Made by a program: the position numbers and the translations under genes. The notes below the pieces were generated by a model. That model was given only the letters and a program-made list of their open reading frames with translations. It had not been told where the DNA came from and searched no databases. 64,000 nt of DNA, from NCBI RefSeq assembly GCF_009914755.1, contig NC_060930.1; one strand, written 5' to 3'. This document shows positions 43,069 through 57,890 of the stretch, piece after piece. How positions within the stretch are numbered: position 1 is the stretch's first letter; each line of letters opens with the position of its first letter. Source of the stretch: the human T2T-CHM13v2.0 reference genome, Homo sapiens.

Positions 43069-43361
43069 TGTCCAGATGCAGTGGCTCACACCTGTAATCT
43101 CAGCACTTTGGAAGGCCGAGGCAGTAGGATCACTTAAGCCCAGGAGTTTGAAACCAGCCTTGGCAACACAGTGAGACCCTGTCCCTACTAAGAATAAAAT
43201 TTTTTTAAAATAGCCAGGCATGGTGGCACATGCCTGTAGTCCCAACTACTCGGGAGGCTGAGATGGGAGGATGGTTTGAGGCTGCAGTGAGCCATGATTG
43301 TGCCATTGTGCCACTGCTATCCAGCCTGGGTGACAGAGCAAGACTCTGTCTCAAAAAAAAA
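43069..43361 (+). mobile_element. AluJ
   Basis: ggatcacttaagcccaggagtttgaaacc, gaggctgcagtgagccatgattgtgcc. Confidence 0.9.
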
Positions 43362-43490
43362 CAACAGTTACTAATTTCCAGTGACATGGTCACCAGCTTT
43401 GGTATTTTCACTCTCCGGAGTTTCACAAAATTCTCCAAAAAACTTAAAACCAAATTTATTTAAATTTTAACAAAAATGCATGTGACCCAT

Positions 43491-43926
43491 TGTCACGGGC
43501 TGGGCCATGTCCCTCTACCTCCCAGATTCCTGTGTGGAGGCCCTAACTCCCACTACCTCCAAATGTGACCTTCCATGGAAGCAGGGTCCCTGCAGAAGTA
43601 GCTGGTTAAGGTGAGGTCATGCTGGAGTGGAGTGGGCTTTATGTGATCTCATAAAATGGGGAGATTTGAACACAGACATGCACACAGCAGAACAGCACTG
43701 GGACGCTGGAGCTCTGCTGCCACGAGCTGAGGAACTGGGAGCTCTCCCAGAAGCTGAGAAAGAGCCCGCACAGACCCCTTCCGGACACCTTCAGGGGGCG
43801 TGCGACCCTGCTCACACCTTGACCTCAGACTTTGGGCCTTCAGAACTGGGAGGCAATCATATTCTGTTGTTTTGGCCACTCAGCTGGTGATACTTTGTGA
43901 TGGCAGCACGGAAGCCGACTAACATA
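43491..43926 (+). mobile_element. MLT1B/C-like LTR
   Basis: tgtcacgggctggg...aaatgtgacc...ggtgaggtcatgctggagt...cctgctcacaccttgacctcagactt...actaaca. Confidence 0.72.
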
Positions 43927-44594
43927 CCAGCTGGGGGATGAGGTGAGCACACAACAGCAAATCCAACAGTGCCCTAAGGCCACAGCTCTGTCGTGACCAG
44001 AACCCGAACTCCAAGAGAAACCCGGCGCATAGAGATCTTCACTGACACCTTTTCTCCACAGGGACCAGTCAGGGCAAGAGGGACATCATTTCAGCTGCAA
44101 ATGGCTTAGCTTCCAAGGTGCACAGAGGCTCACAGAAGCCACTTTATATACTGGCAGCCGGCAGCTTGGTCCCGAAAGGCATTAAGGTGCCTGGGGCCCA
44201 GGCCAGCCGCCTTGGCAGGACGCCCTCAAAGCCTCATTTCCAGCCCAGCAGCGTCGTGACACTCAGAACCGTAACAGCAGCTTGTTTTCAAAAGAAATTA
44301 TTCACAAGGAAGAAAAAAAGGCTGAGTACAGAGTAAACAGCCTCTATTATGAAAAATAAATTATAAGCTAGGAGAACATTTGTAAAAAGGAGCTATTGCT
44401 TTGCAGTCTTCCCAACTAAGCTTTTCATCTCACTGGTAGGAAAAGTCATTGTGATCTGGACTGCCCAGATTCTCGGGACGCCCCCCAAGTCTTCCTACAT
44501 GTTGTGAAGGCTTCCCAACTTTAGAGTATAAATACAACACCAGGCAAATGCTTACTCATTTTAGTTGCATGAATTTCATACTTAAGAAAGTGCA

Positions 44595-44980
<386 letters not shown>

Positions 44981-45389
44981 TCACCCATCTTATTTGTCCA
45001 CATGTAACATTACCCAGGAGTTACCACAGTCGTATTTAAAAAACAACCTAGTGCTAACCAGCCTTCCTGGTTGGGAGTCCCTCTGGCTTGCTGGTCCTGC
45101 AGAAATGGTAAGACCAAAGCTGCACTCTTCACTGACTTACCATACTACGCAATAATTGTCAATTAAGCAATTCGTAGGGATTTATTTAATTTAGCCTCAA
45201 GCCAGACATATTGGTTCTAAAATTTATTTCAGTTTTCATAAGCCTAATCATATAAAAAGTCAACGAATATACTATGAGCAGCCAGGATCTGGAAGATTGG
45301 GCACATGCCATTTCCCCCATGCCATACCTCACCTGAAAGATCTTGGCATCATATATACCACTGGAATTCATGTGAGCAAAGATGGCCAT

Positions 45390-46024
45390 TGTAATGGTTA
45401 ACACTGTCAACTTGATTGGATTGAAGGTTGCAAAGTATTGATCCTAGGTGTGTGTGTTGGTATTGATCCTAGGGTGTTGCCAAAGGAGATGAACATTTGA
45501 GTCAGTGGGCTGGGACAGGCAGACCCACCCTTAATCTGGGTGGGCACCATCTAATCAGCTGCCAGCGTGGCTAGAATATAAAGCAGGCAGAAAATCATGA
45601 AAAAACTAGACCGGCCTAGCCTCCCAGCCTCCATCTTTCTCCTGTGCTGGATGCTTCCTGCCCTCGAACATCAGATTCCAAGTTCTTCAGTTTTGGAACT
45701 TGGACTGGCTCTCCTTGCTCCTCAGCCTGCAGATGGTGGGACCTTGTGATCGGGTGAGTTAATACCTAATAAACTCCCCTTTATTTTATATATATATATG
45801 ATTACAGGCTGGGATTACAGGCGTGAGTCACGGTGCCCAGCCGGCACGTTCTTAAGTATGAGATTCATGCAACTAAAACCGATAGGCATTTTCCTCGTGT
45901 TGCATTTATACTCTAGAGATGGGAAGCCTTCACAACATATAGGGAGACTTGGGGGTGTCCCGAATAATATATATATATATATATTCCATTAGTTCTGTCC
46001 CTCTAGAGAACCCTGACTAATACA
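45390..46024 (+). mobile_element. MLT2A1/MLT2A2 (HERVL) solo LTR
   Basis: tgtaatggttaa...tcaacttgattggattgaagg...gagaaccctgactaataca; TG...CA termini; 5-bp TSD gccat/gcctt. Confidence 0.9.
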
Positions 46025-46670
46025 GCCTTCAAGGAAGATTTTTAAAGCAAAACAAATATATTTCAAGACTTTGAAAACAATTATGTTCTATTGAACCAAC
46101 TCAAGTACTTTTGAAAACAAAAATATGTATATTAGCATCTGTGATCTGAATATGGAAAATGCCTTTTAAAAAACCCGGTGTGAAGTCTATGGAAGCTGTA
46201 GAGACAGAACAACTGGCTTCGAGGAGAAGTGAAGGGTGGGGTGAAGCAGCCCGCAGCAGTAGCATGCAGGTTTGACTGATGTGCTTGTTGCATTATAATA
46301 ATGGGCAACATGCGTTACCTGGTTAAGAGTGGACCACAGCAAGAAACAAGTATATAAAAATGACTAAAGGGTGGAAAGAGTGACTTTAAGAGGATGGCTC
46401 TGTGTTTACTGGACTTGGGGAGGGAACTGGAACAACTCCTCTTGGAGGCTGGTATTAGGAGTTAAAAATTAAACATAGGCACCAATGGGACTTAGCAAAT
46501 TCTCAAAACTACAGTAGCTGCTGTCTCAAAATATAAATTATCAGTAAAAACAGTATGTATAGGAATCTTCTGGTTAATCTGTGGAATTGATGTTCTACTC
46601 CTGGTGAAAGTAGTTGAAGTATACTCAACTACTTCAGGTAGTTGAAGGTCACAGATAAGAATAATAACTA

Positions 46671-46976
<306 letters not shown>

Positions 46977-48412
46977 TTAATAAAAGGTGAAGTTTGAGAT
47001 ATGGTGTGTCACCTGATGCCACCACTGAACTAGGCTTCTGAGGAGAAGAATGGAAGACAGGAGAGCTTCCAATGTGAAATGTTAAGTTTCCAATTGCAAG
47101 AATATGTCTAAACTACAGGCCCCGAAAGCCCTGCTTTGGTCCTTCTGCTGGCACAGGCTGGCTTTTTTCATGCTGTCAACTTTAATTTCTACATTTTTTT
47201 TTTAAATTCATGCTTGCTTACCTTGTCAGGAAAATGTCAGAATAGAATGAACTAGCCAAACTTGGCACACAGCTGTGCAAGAGAACTTTTTTTTTCCTGA
47301 AGTATTTAGCTTAAAGAATGACTAGAACAGTAAAAATTACCGGAATAACTGTTTCTGCCTCCGTTTTTGAGATGTGGAAAGAATTATAAAAGCAAAGTCA
47401 TGGAAGGAAATCCTTAGGATAATAAACCAGCAAAACTAAAAGACTGCCACTAACAACAAACCCAGTATTTTATCTTCACCTGTCCTGTTTGATCTCAAAG
47501 GGGCGTTAAAATTCCTTCTATGAAGAGGTGAGTCAGAAAGCACAGGCGTGGAAGATCAGGTCACCACAGAAGCAGACAGAGCCAGAGAGAGGTCCTCCGG
47601 GGGCTGGACGCCAGGCGTCGGTACGGCAATGAGGAAGGGCCGTCTCAAAGACCAGCCTGGCCAGAGTCGCACTAGCTGTGAACCAAACGACAGGCTGCGC
47701 CCAGTCAGAGGGTGGAAGGTGCCCCGCGGTGTGCTGAGAACTGTGCTTACGTTTCTCAACATAAAGCGGAGCATTGATAAACCCCAGAGAACAAGCTGTG
47801 CGGCGCTGACCACGCTGTGCAGGGCTGAACGCACATTAGGTGCTTGATAAATGACAACTGATTAGTTGCTGAGGGAATTTTTTAAAGAATCAGCAAAACG
47901 ATGTGTGTATCTGTGTGTGTCTGTACATGTGTGTAAGGATAACCCATTGATTTCCTGAAAAAAAAATTAAATTACAGAATTTTCCAGTCCTCACTAGCCC
48001 TTTTGACTGAGTTCTTCAATCATCCAAACAAAAGAAAGTGTTGCAGTGACCACAACCCATGGGGGCGTCTTGAGATGGGGAGGGCTCCTGTGAGTTCCTG
48101 ATGTCTCAACAGGGCCAAGCAGAGGGCTTAGTCCACATTCAGTCTTTGGACAAGATTCTGCCAAACAAAGGAATGTTGGAGGCTTTGAAGGGTTGGAAGC
48201 CCTCCGCTCCCGGGGTAGAGGTAGGCCATAAACACAGTGGATAAGACCCAGAGGAACTGACTTCCCAGTACGAATGCAGTGATAATTCGTTTTGTCAAAC
48301 TGTTACGGGGCAGAAGAGTGACTTTTTTTTTTCTAGTTTTAAATGAAAATTCTACAAGATGAACATGGATTATATTAACAAGAACACTGGTAAAGAAATT
48401 TCATAGCAGGAC

Positions 48413-48709
48413 TTTTTTTTTTTGAGAAGGAGTCTGGCTCTGTCTCCCAGGCTAGAGGGCAGTGGCGAGATCTTGGCTCACTGCAACCTCCAACCTCTGC
48501 CTCCTGGGTTCAAGTAATTCTCCTGCCTGAGTCTCCCCTGTAGCTGGGATTACAGGCACGTGCCACCACACCTGGCTAATTTTTGTATTTTTAGCAGAGA
48601 CGGGGTTTCACCATGTTGGTCAGGCTGGTCTCGAACTCCTGATCTTGTGATCCTCCCACCTCGGCCTCCCCAAGTGCTGGGATTACAGGCGTGAGCCACC
48701 GTGCGCGGC
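48413..48709 (-). mobile_element. AluS (Sg-like)
   Basis: T-tail; reverse Alu ending gggattacaggcgtgagccaccgtgcgcggc. Confidence 0.92.
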
Positions 48710-51700
48710 AGGAGAACATTTTTTAAAATGTCTCTTTAATATTAGTATTTCTTGACAATAGTTCAACCTAACCTTGAATTCTTATACTAATTTAGGGAAT
48801 AAAGTAAGTATTTCTTGTAATGATATATTACTTGTTATAAAGGAACCCTTTATTTTTTTCTAATACTTCTCCCACCCACCCCCTCATACCCCACAGAATT
48901 TAGTTAAGTGGATTGCACTTCTCTTGCTGAGGAAGTGTTCGGAAAAGCCCTTTCTGGTTCTCTACCAAGTCCCCAGGGGACCCCTCTCTACACCTTGGTG
49001 GGAGGCATGCAGCCTGCAGAGTGGCCCCTGTACAAGCTCCTGGCCCAGGCTGGAGTGGGCAGTGGCTCTGCGGCGGATGCTCACACCTCAGCAGAGGCCT
49101 CCCTTGCCTTCCATACATCCCATTCACTCCTAACCCACTCCAAGCTTCCACATGAGACTCCCCAGCCTGGGAGAAGGGCATGGGCCAAGAAGCAGCTGGG
49201 CTGGAGGGAGCTGGTAAGCAGGGGCAGTGAGTGACCAGTGTGGGCCCCGTGCTGTGCGGCCATTGAACAATTTTGGGTGGGAAACCTCCTAAGGCGCTCC
49301 AGGAGGCTAAAGATGATCAAGATTCCTCTCAGGCTAAATTTGATTTAAAGAAAAGAAATGAACAGTTCCTGTATACCTTCATTTATGGGCTGAGTGTCCT
49401 ACCTACAAGGAAGCGAAAGGAGACACAATGGACCATGGCCGGGGAGTTGGCCTTGCCTTGAACGTGAGGATGTGGCAATCAAGCCTCATGAGTTTCTTGG
49501 ATAATAAAAATACATGTGAACCAGGCAAGCCTGAACACCCTTGATAATGAGGGAAAGTTCCTTTTTGCAATTCTTTTCAGCTCTTGTATCTGATTCTTAG
49601 CATGCAGTATCCACAATGGAACTTTTATAATGGGTGTGGTTCTTCAGGCCAGCCTCTCACCTCCTCCCTGGGCGGGCTCCTGTAAGTGGGGTCCACCTGG
49701 AGCCCGACGCAGGAGCAGCAGCAGTCAGGCTTTTCCGCAGCATTCCATTGCAGCACGTGTTCTCAGAAACCTGGATTCCTTTCCTAGAAAAATACTGAAG
49801 TCTTGGCTATTTAAAACAAGCTAAATAGCCTTCTGATTTGTTTATTTCATCCAGCATTTTTTAAAAATCTGGCTTGATTTTCTTTAAAAACAGTCTTGTC
49901 TCGTGATGTGGATGTTTTTCTGCCCCACAGCTGATTACCGCAGCCTTTTAGATGGCACTGCTGTCAGCTGAGATACTTTTTCCTTCTGCTTCAGTAAAAA
50001 TAGATGAATTCTGATTGGAGCTTGTGGAAGTTTCTCTGCATTGTCAGATGCTGATCCCCCATCAATATAAATCTTTGCCCTTCTTAAAAAGTATTTTCTA
50101 ATGAACTTTTGAAAAGCTAGAGGAAAAGGAAGTGCTATAAATATCCATGAATATATGTAATTTTTTAAATCTCTGGATCGTGTGCATTGCTTATCTGATA
50201 GAGCAGATCTGGGGACATGGCTGGAGTGAGATGGGATGCCCGTCAGTCACCCCTCCTCTTGGGAGTGGGGCACAGTGGGGTGGAGTGGGTGGTCAGCATG
50301 AGTCTGGCCAGGAACATTTCCATGGAGGCCCACGTGACACATGTGAGCCCCAGGACTTGGGGAACTCTGACCTCCCCTCTTCTGCGTCAGCCTTTCCCCC
50401 TCCCCTCATGAGCACAAAGCCCCCAGACCTTGGGAGGCATGAATACAAACATGCACTAGACCAGCATTGTGCCAGAGACAAAGACAACTCACCTGAAACC
50501 AGAGATTCCTCCAGCACAAGCGAAGTGAGGGCTGACAGACGTGGCTATGGAGGGCTCTCTCCACTGCCCAAACGGCGAGACTCATCCACCTCCTAAATCT
50601 CAGCCAAGGGAAGTAGGTCCTTCCCTGATGCTCCTGAGACTGCCCAACAAATGGTCAGAACTGCAGCCTCTTTCAGGCAACCCCTATCACGCCAGCCAGG
50701 TTTTTCTTATCTGTAGTTACCCTATAGGTAAAGGAAATAGATGGGCAGGGCTGCTTCTAGCAAGATAGCTCTTTTTCATAATGACTGACAAGCTAATATA
50801 GCTAAAACGAAATTAATAAAATAATGTCCATGGTTCCCTAGTATTTATAACTTCTGTACATTTTCATTTCACAGACCGTTCATATGCCCAGGTTCCTTTG
50901 CACCTGGTCTGGACAAAACAGACAAAAATCTTTGCCCGGGTTCCGTTTTAGTTGGAGGAAAGCAAGAAAAGAAAAAAAAAAAAAGAAGTACTGGACAGTG
51001 TGTCCTGAGGTGGGCAGAGAAGGTGGATGGAGCATGTCGGGCAGGGGTGGGACCTTAACTGGAGCGGCCAGGGAAGCGCTCACTGAGATGACATCAGCGA
51101 GGACTCCAGGCCAGGCAGGGGACTTGGTTGTGGTGTCGGGCGGAAGAGCAGTCCTGGCAGCAAGCACAAGAGTCCGAGGCATGGGAGGGGGACACCTGGC
51201 AGGTGCAAGGAACAGCAGGGGGTGAACGTGGCTGGTGAAGGGTGAGCAAATCCAGAGGAGCAGGAACTACAGGGAAGAAATGCCTGCAGGGAACATACTG
51301 TCTTGTAACAGCATCTTAAAAATGTTTCCCATCTTTTAAAACATAGCCTAGTGAAAATGTTTTCCAATGTTATAACAGCCCTCAAAATTACATTTCTGTG
51401 TAAGATTCCATTCTATTGACATATCTTCATGCATGGAATCATTCCTCATAGGGGAATATTTTTGTTTCAGTTAACATCTCTGTGCATAAGGCTTTTGCCC
51501 TATGCTTAGGACAAGCCCCCAAATGCGACCTTCCTTGGTAAATGATTATGAGCATTTTTTACCTCATAAAATAAAAAAAAAACACCCTAAAATACAGTAA
51601 AGTATGTTTTAACAGAGGGTCCTCTTACAAATAGGAAAAATGAGCTTTGCTTCTGCGAGTGATTTTTAAAAAGTGACCTGAAAGATCTTCCCAACTCAAA

Positions 51701-51719
51701 CATATTTTCCATTTTGATC

Positions 51720-52500
51720 TTTTATTATGAAAGCTTATTGGGGAGTATTAAAGGATTGACTTACTGACCCAAATAAATTAAGAGATGCCACATTTCTGGC
51801 TAGGAAAACTGAAAAGTTTAAACATGTGTATTCTACTAAAATTAATCTGAATTTCATTGTGGCTATAATCAAATCAAACTGTGATTTATGACTTAAGAAA
51901 ATAAGCAAGAGTTTAAAACTAAACAAGAATGAAAAGGATAAGAATACCAGGAACAACACCTGCGCTGCCAGGTGTAATATTTATAGAAACTTTAAAGGCA
52001 CACAGATGAAAGTGGAGTGGGAGCAGAACAAATACACATAGATCAATGGGAAAGAACAGTTCAACTCGTAACTAGGGTAAATATATATGGACTTAAAATG
52101 TGGTAGAAAAATACTGTACACAAATTACAAAGTGACAGAATTTTTATGAGTGTTGTGTTGTGGGGGATATTGGCCATTTGGAAAAAAAATTAGTTTAAAA
52201 TCTTATTTCCCAAATACATAAAATTAGGGATAAACTCTATATTGTAAAAAATGTGAAATCATAGCAAGAAGAAAAAAAGGTGAATATTTATCTGACTTGG
52301 TTTGAAAATAACATTTTAAGCATAAAAAAAGGAATAAATTTCAAAAAATTGACTAATAGATATGTCTACATAAAATGTAAAGAGTGTAATTAATATTCCA
52401 AAGTAACATAAAGGTTTGCAACAATCACTTTTTGATAACTTATGTAATATAAGATTTGAAATAAGTGGACAAATATACATCTTCATCAATGTGAACATAT
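51720..52500 (+). mobile_element. Very old L1ME-like ORF2 fragment
   Basis: A-rich with weak L1 ORF2 similarity (ttggccatttggaaaaaa, tctacataaaatgtaa). Low certainty. Confidence 0.45.
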
Positions 52501-54229
52501 TTATAAAATCTTCCCTTTCCTTTTTGCTTAGAAACAAAAACTTACCTTTCTACTGATTTGGGAGGAGGCAGTCTTTTTTAAAAACATGAAATCTAAGCAT
52601 TATCCGTATATTTCATTATGTGTCTGTATACTTTTGATGTTTTCTACTACTTTTTAATGAACCATCTGTCCAAAATTTATTTTCAAAATTGAGAAATCAG
52701 TAATTGGGTGAATTATAGACTCGTTTTTTTATTGCATTATTGGTTGTGATTTAACTGTTGCCATCTGAGCTAAGGGCTGTGAGAAATGAGGAGGCAACTG
52801 CAGGCTAGCAAATCATGTCCTCAACAAGCAGCTCAAGACAATCAGGTGGAATGTAAGAGCAGTCCTGAAATCCGTGGTGTTTTTGAGAAGCCAGAAATGT
52901 GCATTACTTTGTAGCCTTGGAGGAAATTTTCAAGAGGATAGAAAACACGCACACACACACACACACATTCACACACAACTAGATTCAACTGAGTCGGATC
53001 AGAACAAGAGCAGACTAGAACACGATACTCACAAGAGCTAAAAGGATAGGGAAGCCAGCGGCCAGCATTTGAGGCGATGACTTGACATACAAACGTAACC
53101 ACGTGAATAAAGGGAAGGTGTTAAGTCCAAGTATGGGGAAGAGCACAGGGCTTGGAGTAAAATGACTGAAAACTCCACACCCTGGCTCCGCGATTTCATT
53201 AGCATGTGATCTAAGTGGGTGGCTTCCTTTCTCTGACCTTCTCTTTCCTCCACAGAAATAAGAGTATTAGCATTATCATCAACAACAACATCAACCACAT
53301 GTGTCTAATACCACAGCCCCAGGGTGATCAATGAATTTCCCTACCGCCAGGGCTGAGCTGGCAGAAGGAATGTTTCCCTCTTAAGCTACGAGCAGCACAG
53401 AAACCAAGGAATGACATAAACCCAGAGCCCAGGAAGGAAGGGCATGCCAAACGCCTCCCGAAAGCTGCTCTGTGGCTCCGAAGGGCAGGGAGCTAAGTGC
53501 ATGGAACACCTGGCATGAGTGGGGAGGAGTGGGCTCTACTGGGCCGAAAAAGCATTGTTCCCAGTTGCTGGTCTTCATGGCTTGCTGCCACCTCGTGAGT
53601 GGGAACATCAGCTGGGTATAGAGTGACAGAGATCCTTCACCTCTATCAATCTCACCAAATTGATGCAGGGATCAAATATACTTGTGAGGGTAAGGAGTTT
53701 TTGAATATCACAATTAACTATACAAATATTAATTTGTTCTATCATTATTGGCAAATGATTACTCATCCATCAACTTTTATCTCAACATTTGCTTCTTCTG
53801 GAGGCTTTCCAGTATTTTTTTCAACGCCATTGTGTATGGCTGTGCAGGTATTACAGTGCACAACTCTAGAGGGCTACAATGTCAGTGGTGCTCAGCACTG
53901 CCCTGTGTACAGCCTACACAGTTGTATGCAGAGCCCTGACCCCCATGCAGAGATTTATGCAACATTTCTCTTAAATCCACACTGCACTTTATGAGGGCCT
54001 CTAGAACAATTGCCTACAGATACTATACTTAATGCAACATTTGTTCTCTGATGCTTTACTCCCACCTGTTCACTCTTCTGGCCTAAAATTACAGGATTTG
54101 AGAATAGAGACTTTTGTTTTTAAAATGTTTATCTCTAACACTTGCAAAGTACCTGGAAATTTGCTTAATAAATTAATAATATGAATTATTACATTATAAC
54201 TTGAAAGCTGCTTTTATTACAGAATGATC

Positions 54230-54846
54230 TGTCAACAAAAAGGGTCAAACTCTGTACAACATTTGAAGAGATTTATTGTGAGCCGAATATGACTCATCAA
54301 TATTCTGTGACCCAGGAGATGCTGAGAACATGTGCACAAGGTGGTCAGGATACAGCTTGGTTGCATACCTTTTATGGAGACATAGACATCAATCGATCAA
54401 CCTACATTGGTTTGGTCTGGAAAGCTGGGACAACTTGAAGCAGGGGCCTCCAGGTCATAGGTGGATTCAAGAATTTTCTAATTGGCAATTGATTGAAAGA
54501 GTTAAGTGATTGTCTAAAGACCTAGAATCAATAGAAGGGAATGTCTGGGTTAAGATAAGCGGTTGTAGAGAACAAGATTCCCCTTATGCAAACAGAATCA
54601 ATAGAAGAGAATGTTTCTTATTAGACTTAAAAAGTCTTTTCTATCAGTCTTAAAGTCTCTGTTTTAATGTTAATGCTGGTCATCTGTGCCTGAATTCCAC
54701 TGGGAGGTGTACATAACGAGGCATGTCTAACCCCCACTTTCCCTCATGGCCTGAACTAGTTTTTCAGGTTAACTTTGGAATGCCCTTGGCTGAGGGGAGG
54801 GTCCATCAGATGGTTCAGGTGCTTAGAATTTTATTTTTGGTTTACA
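54230..54846 (-). mobile_element. MER4-group ERV1 solo LTR
   Basis: Ends cttagaattttatttttggtttaca (reverse of the MER4 start); TG...CA termini; 4-bp TSD gatc. Confidence 0.88.
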
Positions 54847-54879
54847 GATCAAATGCCCTTTAAGGTAGGACTGTATGCC

Positions 54880-55024
54880 AAGTGGTCGCAATGTCTGTTC
54901 CCTTAACCACAAATATCTTGTGAGTAAGAAAGCCTAACCTCCTAGGAATGTAGCCCAAGTCTCAGCCTCATTTTTCCCAGCCCCTCTTCAAGATGGAGTT
55001 GCCCTGATTCAAATACCTTTGACA
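54880..55024 (-). mobile_element. MER41 LTR 5' fragment
   Basis: Reverse complement tgtcaaaggtatttgaatcagggcaactccatcttgaagaggggctgggaaaaatgaggctgagac matches the recalled MER41 start. Confidence 0.8.
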
Positions 55025-57212
55025 ACAGGGCTAGATAGAGTAGGTCAGGCAAGAGATATGTAACTGGACCAAATGGTGTGGAAGATGGTAAGATGGGTTA
55101 ACTAGGAAAGATTTCAGGATTGACCCAGCCTGGGGACAGTCTAGAAAGAACCAGAGCATTAAGAAGAAAGGTGAGAAGATATTTTTACATTGGTTGAAAA
55201 TACCAGTAGGGATCCTGTTAAGGATTAAATTACCTACAAAAATAATAATATAGTTTGGTTTCATCTCTAATAGACCAAACCTCCTGAAAGTAATAATCAT
55301 TGACTAAGTAAAAAATACAAAACAACTACCTGAAAGCTGTGAGAGTATACCAAGGCAGGCAGATTTGCAAGGGAGACACAATTTAAAAGAAAGGAATATC
55401 ACATTGTGAGTTTTTCATTATATAATTCTTAGTCATAGTCACAGTACGGCACAACTAAAACACAAGTTGAAAACCCATACTCAGAGACTTCTATTTCCGG
55501 CTGTGATGAAGGAAGAGTGCTAGATTTGTCCTCCTGCCTTAAACAAAAAGATATATAAAATAAATATATTTTCCAAAATATATAAAACAATGGATATGAG
55601 TCATATTTTTCTGCGTTTCTTTTGCATAGTTGTTAATTTTTTTATTGGATGCTAGACATTTAAAATTTCAACACAGGACAGAAATCTCATCTGGGAGAAA
55701 GGGAACAGATAATGTAAGCCCTAACGTTGTCCTATATCAATGCCTGGATAGAGTTTCTAGGTGACAGGGCAAGAAGCAGAGCCCAAACAGAGCCTGGTGG
55801 TCCCCCTGAATTGAGGTGACAGAGTTTGGGGTTTAGGGAGTCCAAAGCAGCTAGAATCTGTGGGATAAAAACCAAGGAGGATAGAGCTCCAGAAATAGGA
55901 AGAGAGGTGCCCTTGAAAGTGTGACTGATAATGATCTGAGCATGTATATGAAGAAAATACAAAGGCAAGTGAAAGAATCATTGTAAAGGAGTAGGTGGTA
56001 CAATCCCTGGAGCTTACACAGGGATGAGAATAGTTTGTTTTCACCAGCCAGAGTTAAAAGCCACCCAATACATAAGGCATCAGTAGAATCTTCAAAAGAA
56101 CATTGCCTTAGTAATAGAAATAAATTAGCCCTAGACTAAGGCTGCCATGGGCCCATGCTACAGAGCCTTACAGCAAGATTTGAACAGATTAAAATAATTA
56201 CAAGTAACTAAACTGCATCCCAAAGTTCTGCAATATTTAAAATAATACAACAAAATTGAGTACCCAAAAATGTTAAATTTAAAATGTTCAGCACCCAGTC
56301 AAAAATTATTAGGCATCCAAAGAAACAAGAAGATATGATCCATAACCAGGAGAAAAATCACTCAAAGAAACACTCAGAAATGACAGAGATGACAGAAGTA
56401 ATAGAAAATATATTAAAATAGCTATTATAAATATAAATATATATATCATGTTTAAAAAGCTTAAACATGATGAGCAGAAGAACCAAAAATATAAAAAACA
56501 AATGAAATGTCTATATATGAAAATAAATTATTTGAAATGAAAAACACACTGAATGAAACTAAGTGCTGACTAGACATTGAAGAAGAAAATATCTATACAT
56601 TTTGAAGACATAACAATAGAAACTATTCAAAATAAAAGAAGGAGGGGAAAAGACTGAAAAAAAATGAACAAAGCAACAATGATCTCTGGGACGATATCAA
56701 GTGGTAAGAGGCAGGAATAACTGGAGACCCAGAAGGAGCAAAGGGGAGGAGATACAAGAAAATATTTAATAAAATATGGCTAAAATTTTTTCAAGTTTGA
56801 TAACAAGCTGTAAATTCACAGATCTAAGAAGTCCAAAGTACTACACATTAAAAAAAAATAGCATATCACGGTCAAATCTCCATAAACCATCAAGAAAAGA
56901 AAATCTTAAAAACAACCAGAAGAAAAAAAGTATATACAGAAGCAAAGATAATTACAGCAGACTTCTTGTCTGAAATTATGTAAGGCAAAGAACCAAAAAA
57001 CCAAAACAACAACAACAAAAAAAAAAAACAACAAAAAAGAAACAGTGGTATGGCAGTATTAAAGTAGTGGGAAAAGGTCAGCCTAGAATTCTATATGCAG
57101 AAAAATATCTTTCTAAAATGAAAGTAAAATAACTTTTTTCAGACAAACAAAACTTGCCAAAGCACATATACTATGAAGAATCAATTTATAATATATAGTA
57201 CATATACTATAA

Positions 57213-57890
57213 ATGGCAAAGCTGCAGAGAAAAACAGAATGCATACATTGCTGGTAGATATGTAAATTAGTTCAGCCATTGTAGAAAGCAGTGTGGCAAC
57301 TTCTCAAAGAACTTAAAACAGAAGTACCATTCAACTCAGCAATCCCATTACTGGGTATACACCCAAAGAAATACACATCATTCTACCATAAAGACACACG
57401 CATGCATATGTTCTTTCAGCACTATTTACAATAGCAAACACATACAATCAACCTAATGCTCATCAATAGTAGACTGAAAAAAAAGAAATGTGGCACACAT
57501 ACACCATGGAATACTACATAGCCATAAACAAAATGAGATCATGTTCTTTGCAGCAACAAGGATGGAACTGGAGGCCATAATCCTAAGTGAACTAAAGCAG
57601 GAATAGAAAACCAAATACTGCATGTTCTCACTTATAAGTGGGAGCTAAACGTTGAGTACATATGGACACAAAGAAGGGAAAAACAGACACTGGGCCCTAC
57701 TGGAAGGTGGGGGGGTGGGAGGAGTGACAGGGTCAAAACACTACCTATTGGGTACTATGCTTACTACCTGGATGACTAAATAATCTGTACACCAAACCCC
57801 CATGATATGCAATTTACCTATATAAGAAACCTGCACATGTACCCTGATCCTAAAATAAAAGTTAATAAATATCTCCTCCAAAAAAAAAGA
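57213..57890 (+). mobile_element. L1PA15/16-like 3' fragment nested in the L1M
   Basis: catgttctcacttataagtgggagctaaac...ctacctattgggtactatgc...cctaaaataaaagtt. Confidence 0.85.

Noticed and set aside
50147-50596. 149-aa ATG-initiated ORF
   Set aside because: No recognisable domain, promoter or splice support.
54880-55024. MER41 as an interferon-inducible STAT1 enhancer
   Set aside because: Only a short 5' fragment is present and I see no tandem GAS (TTCCGGGAA-type) motifs.
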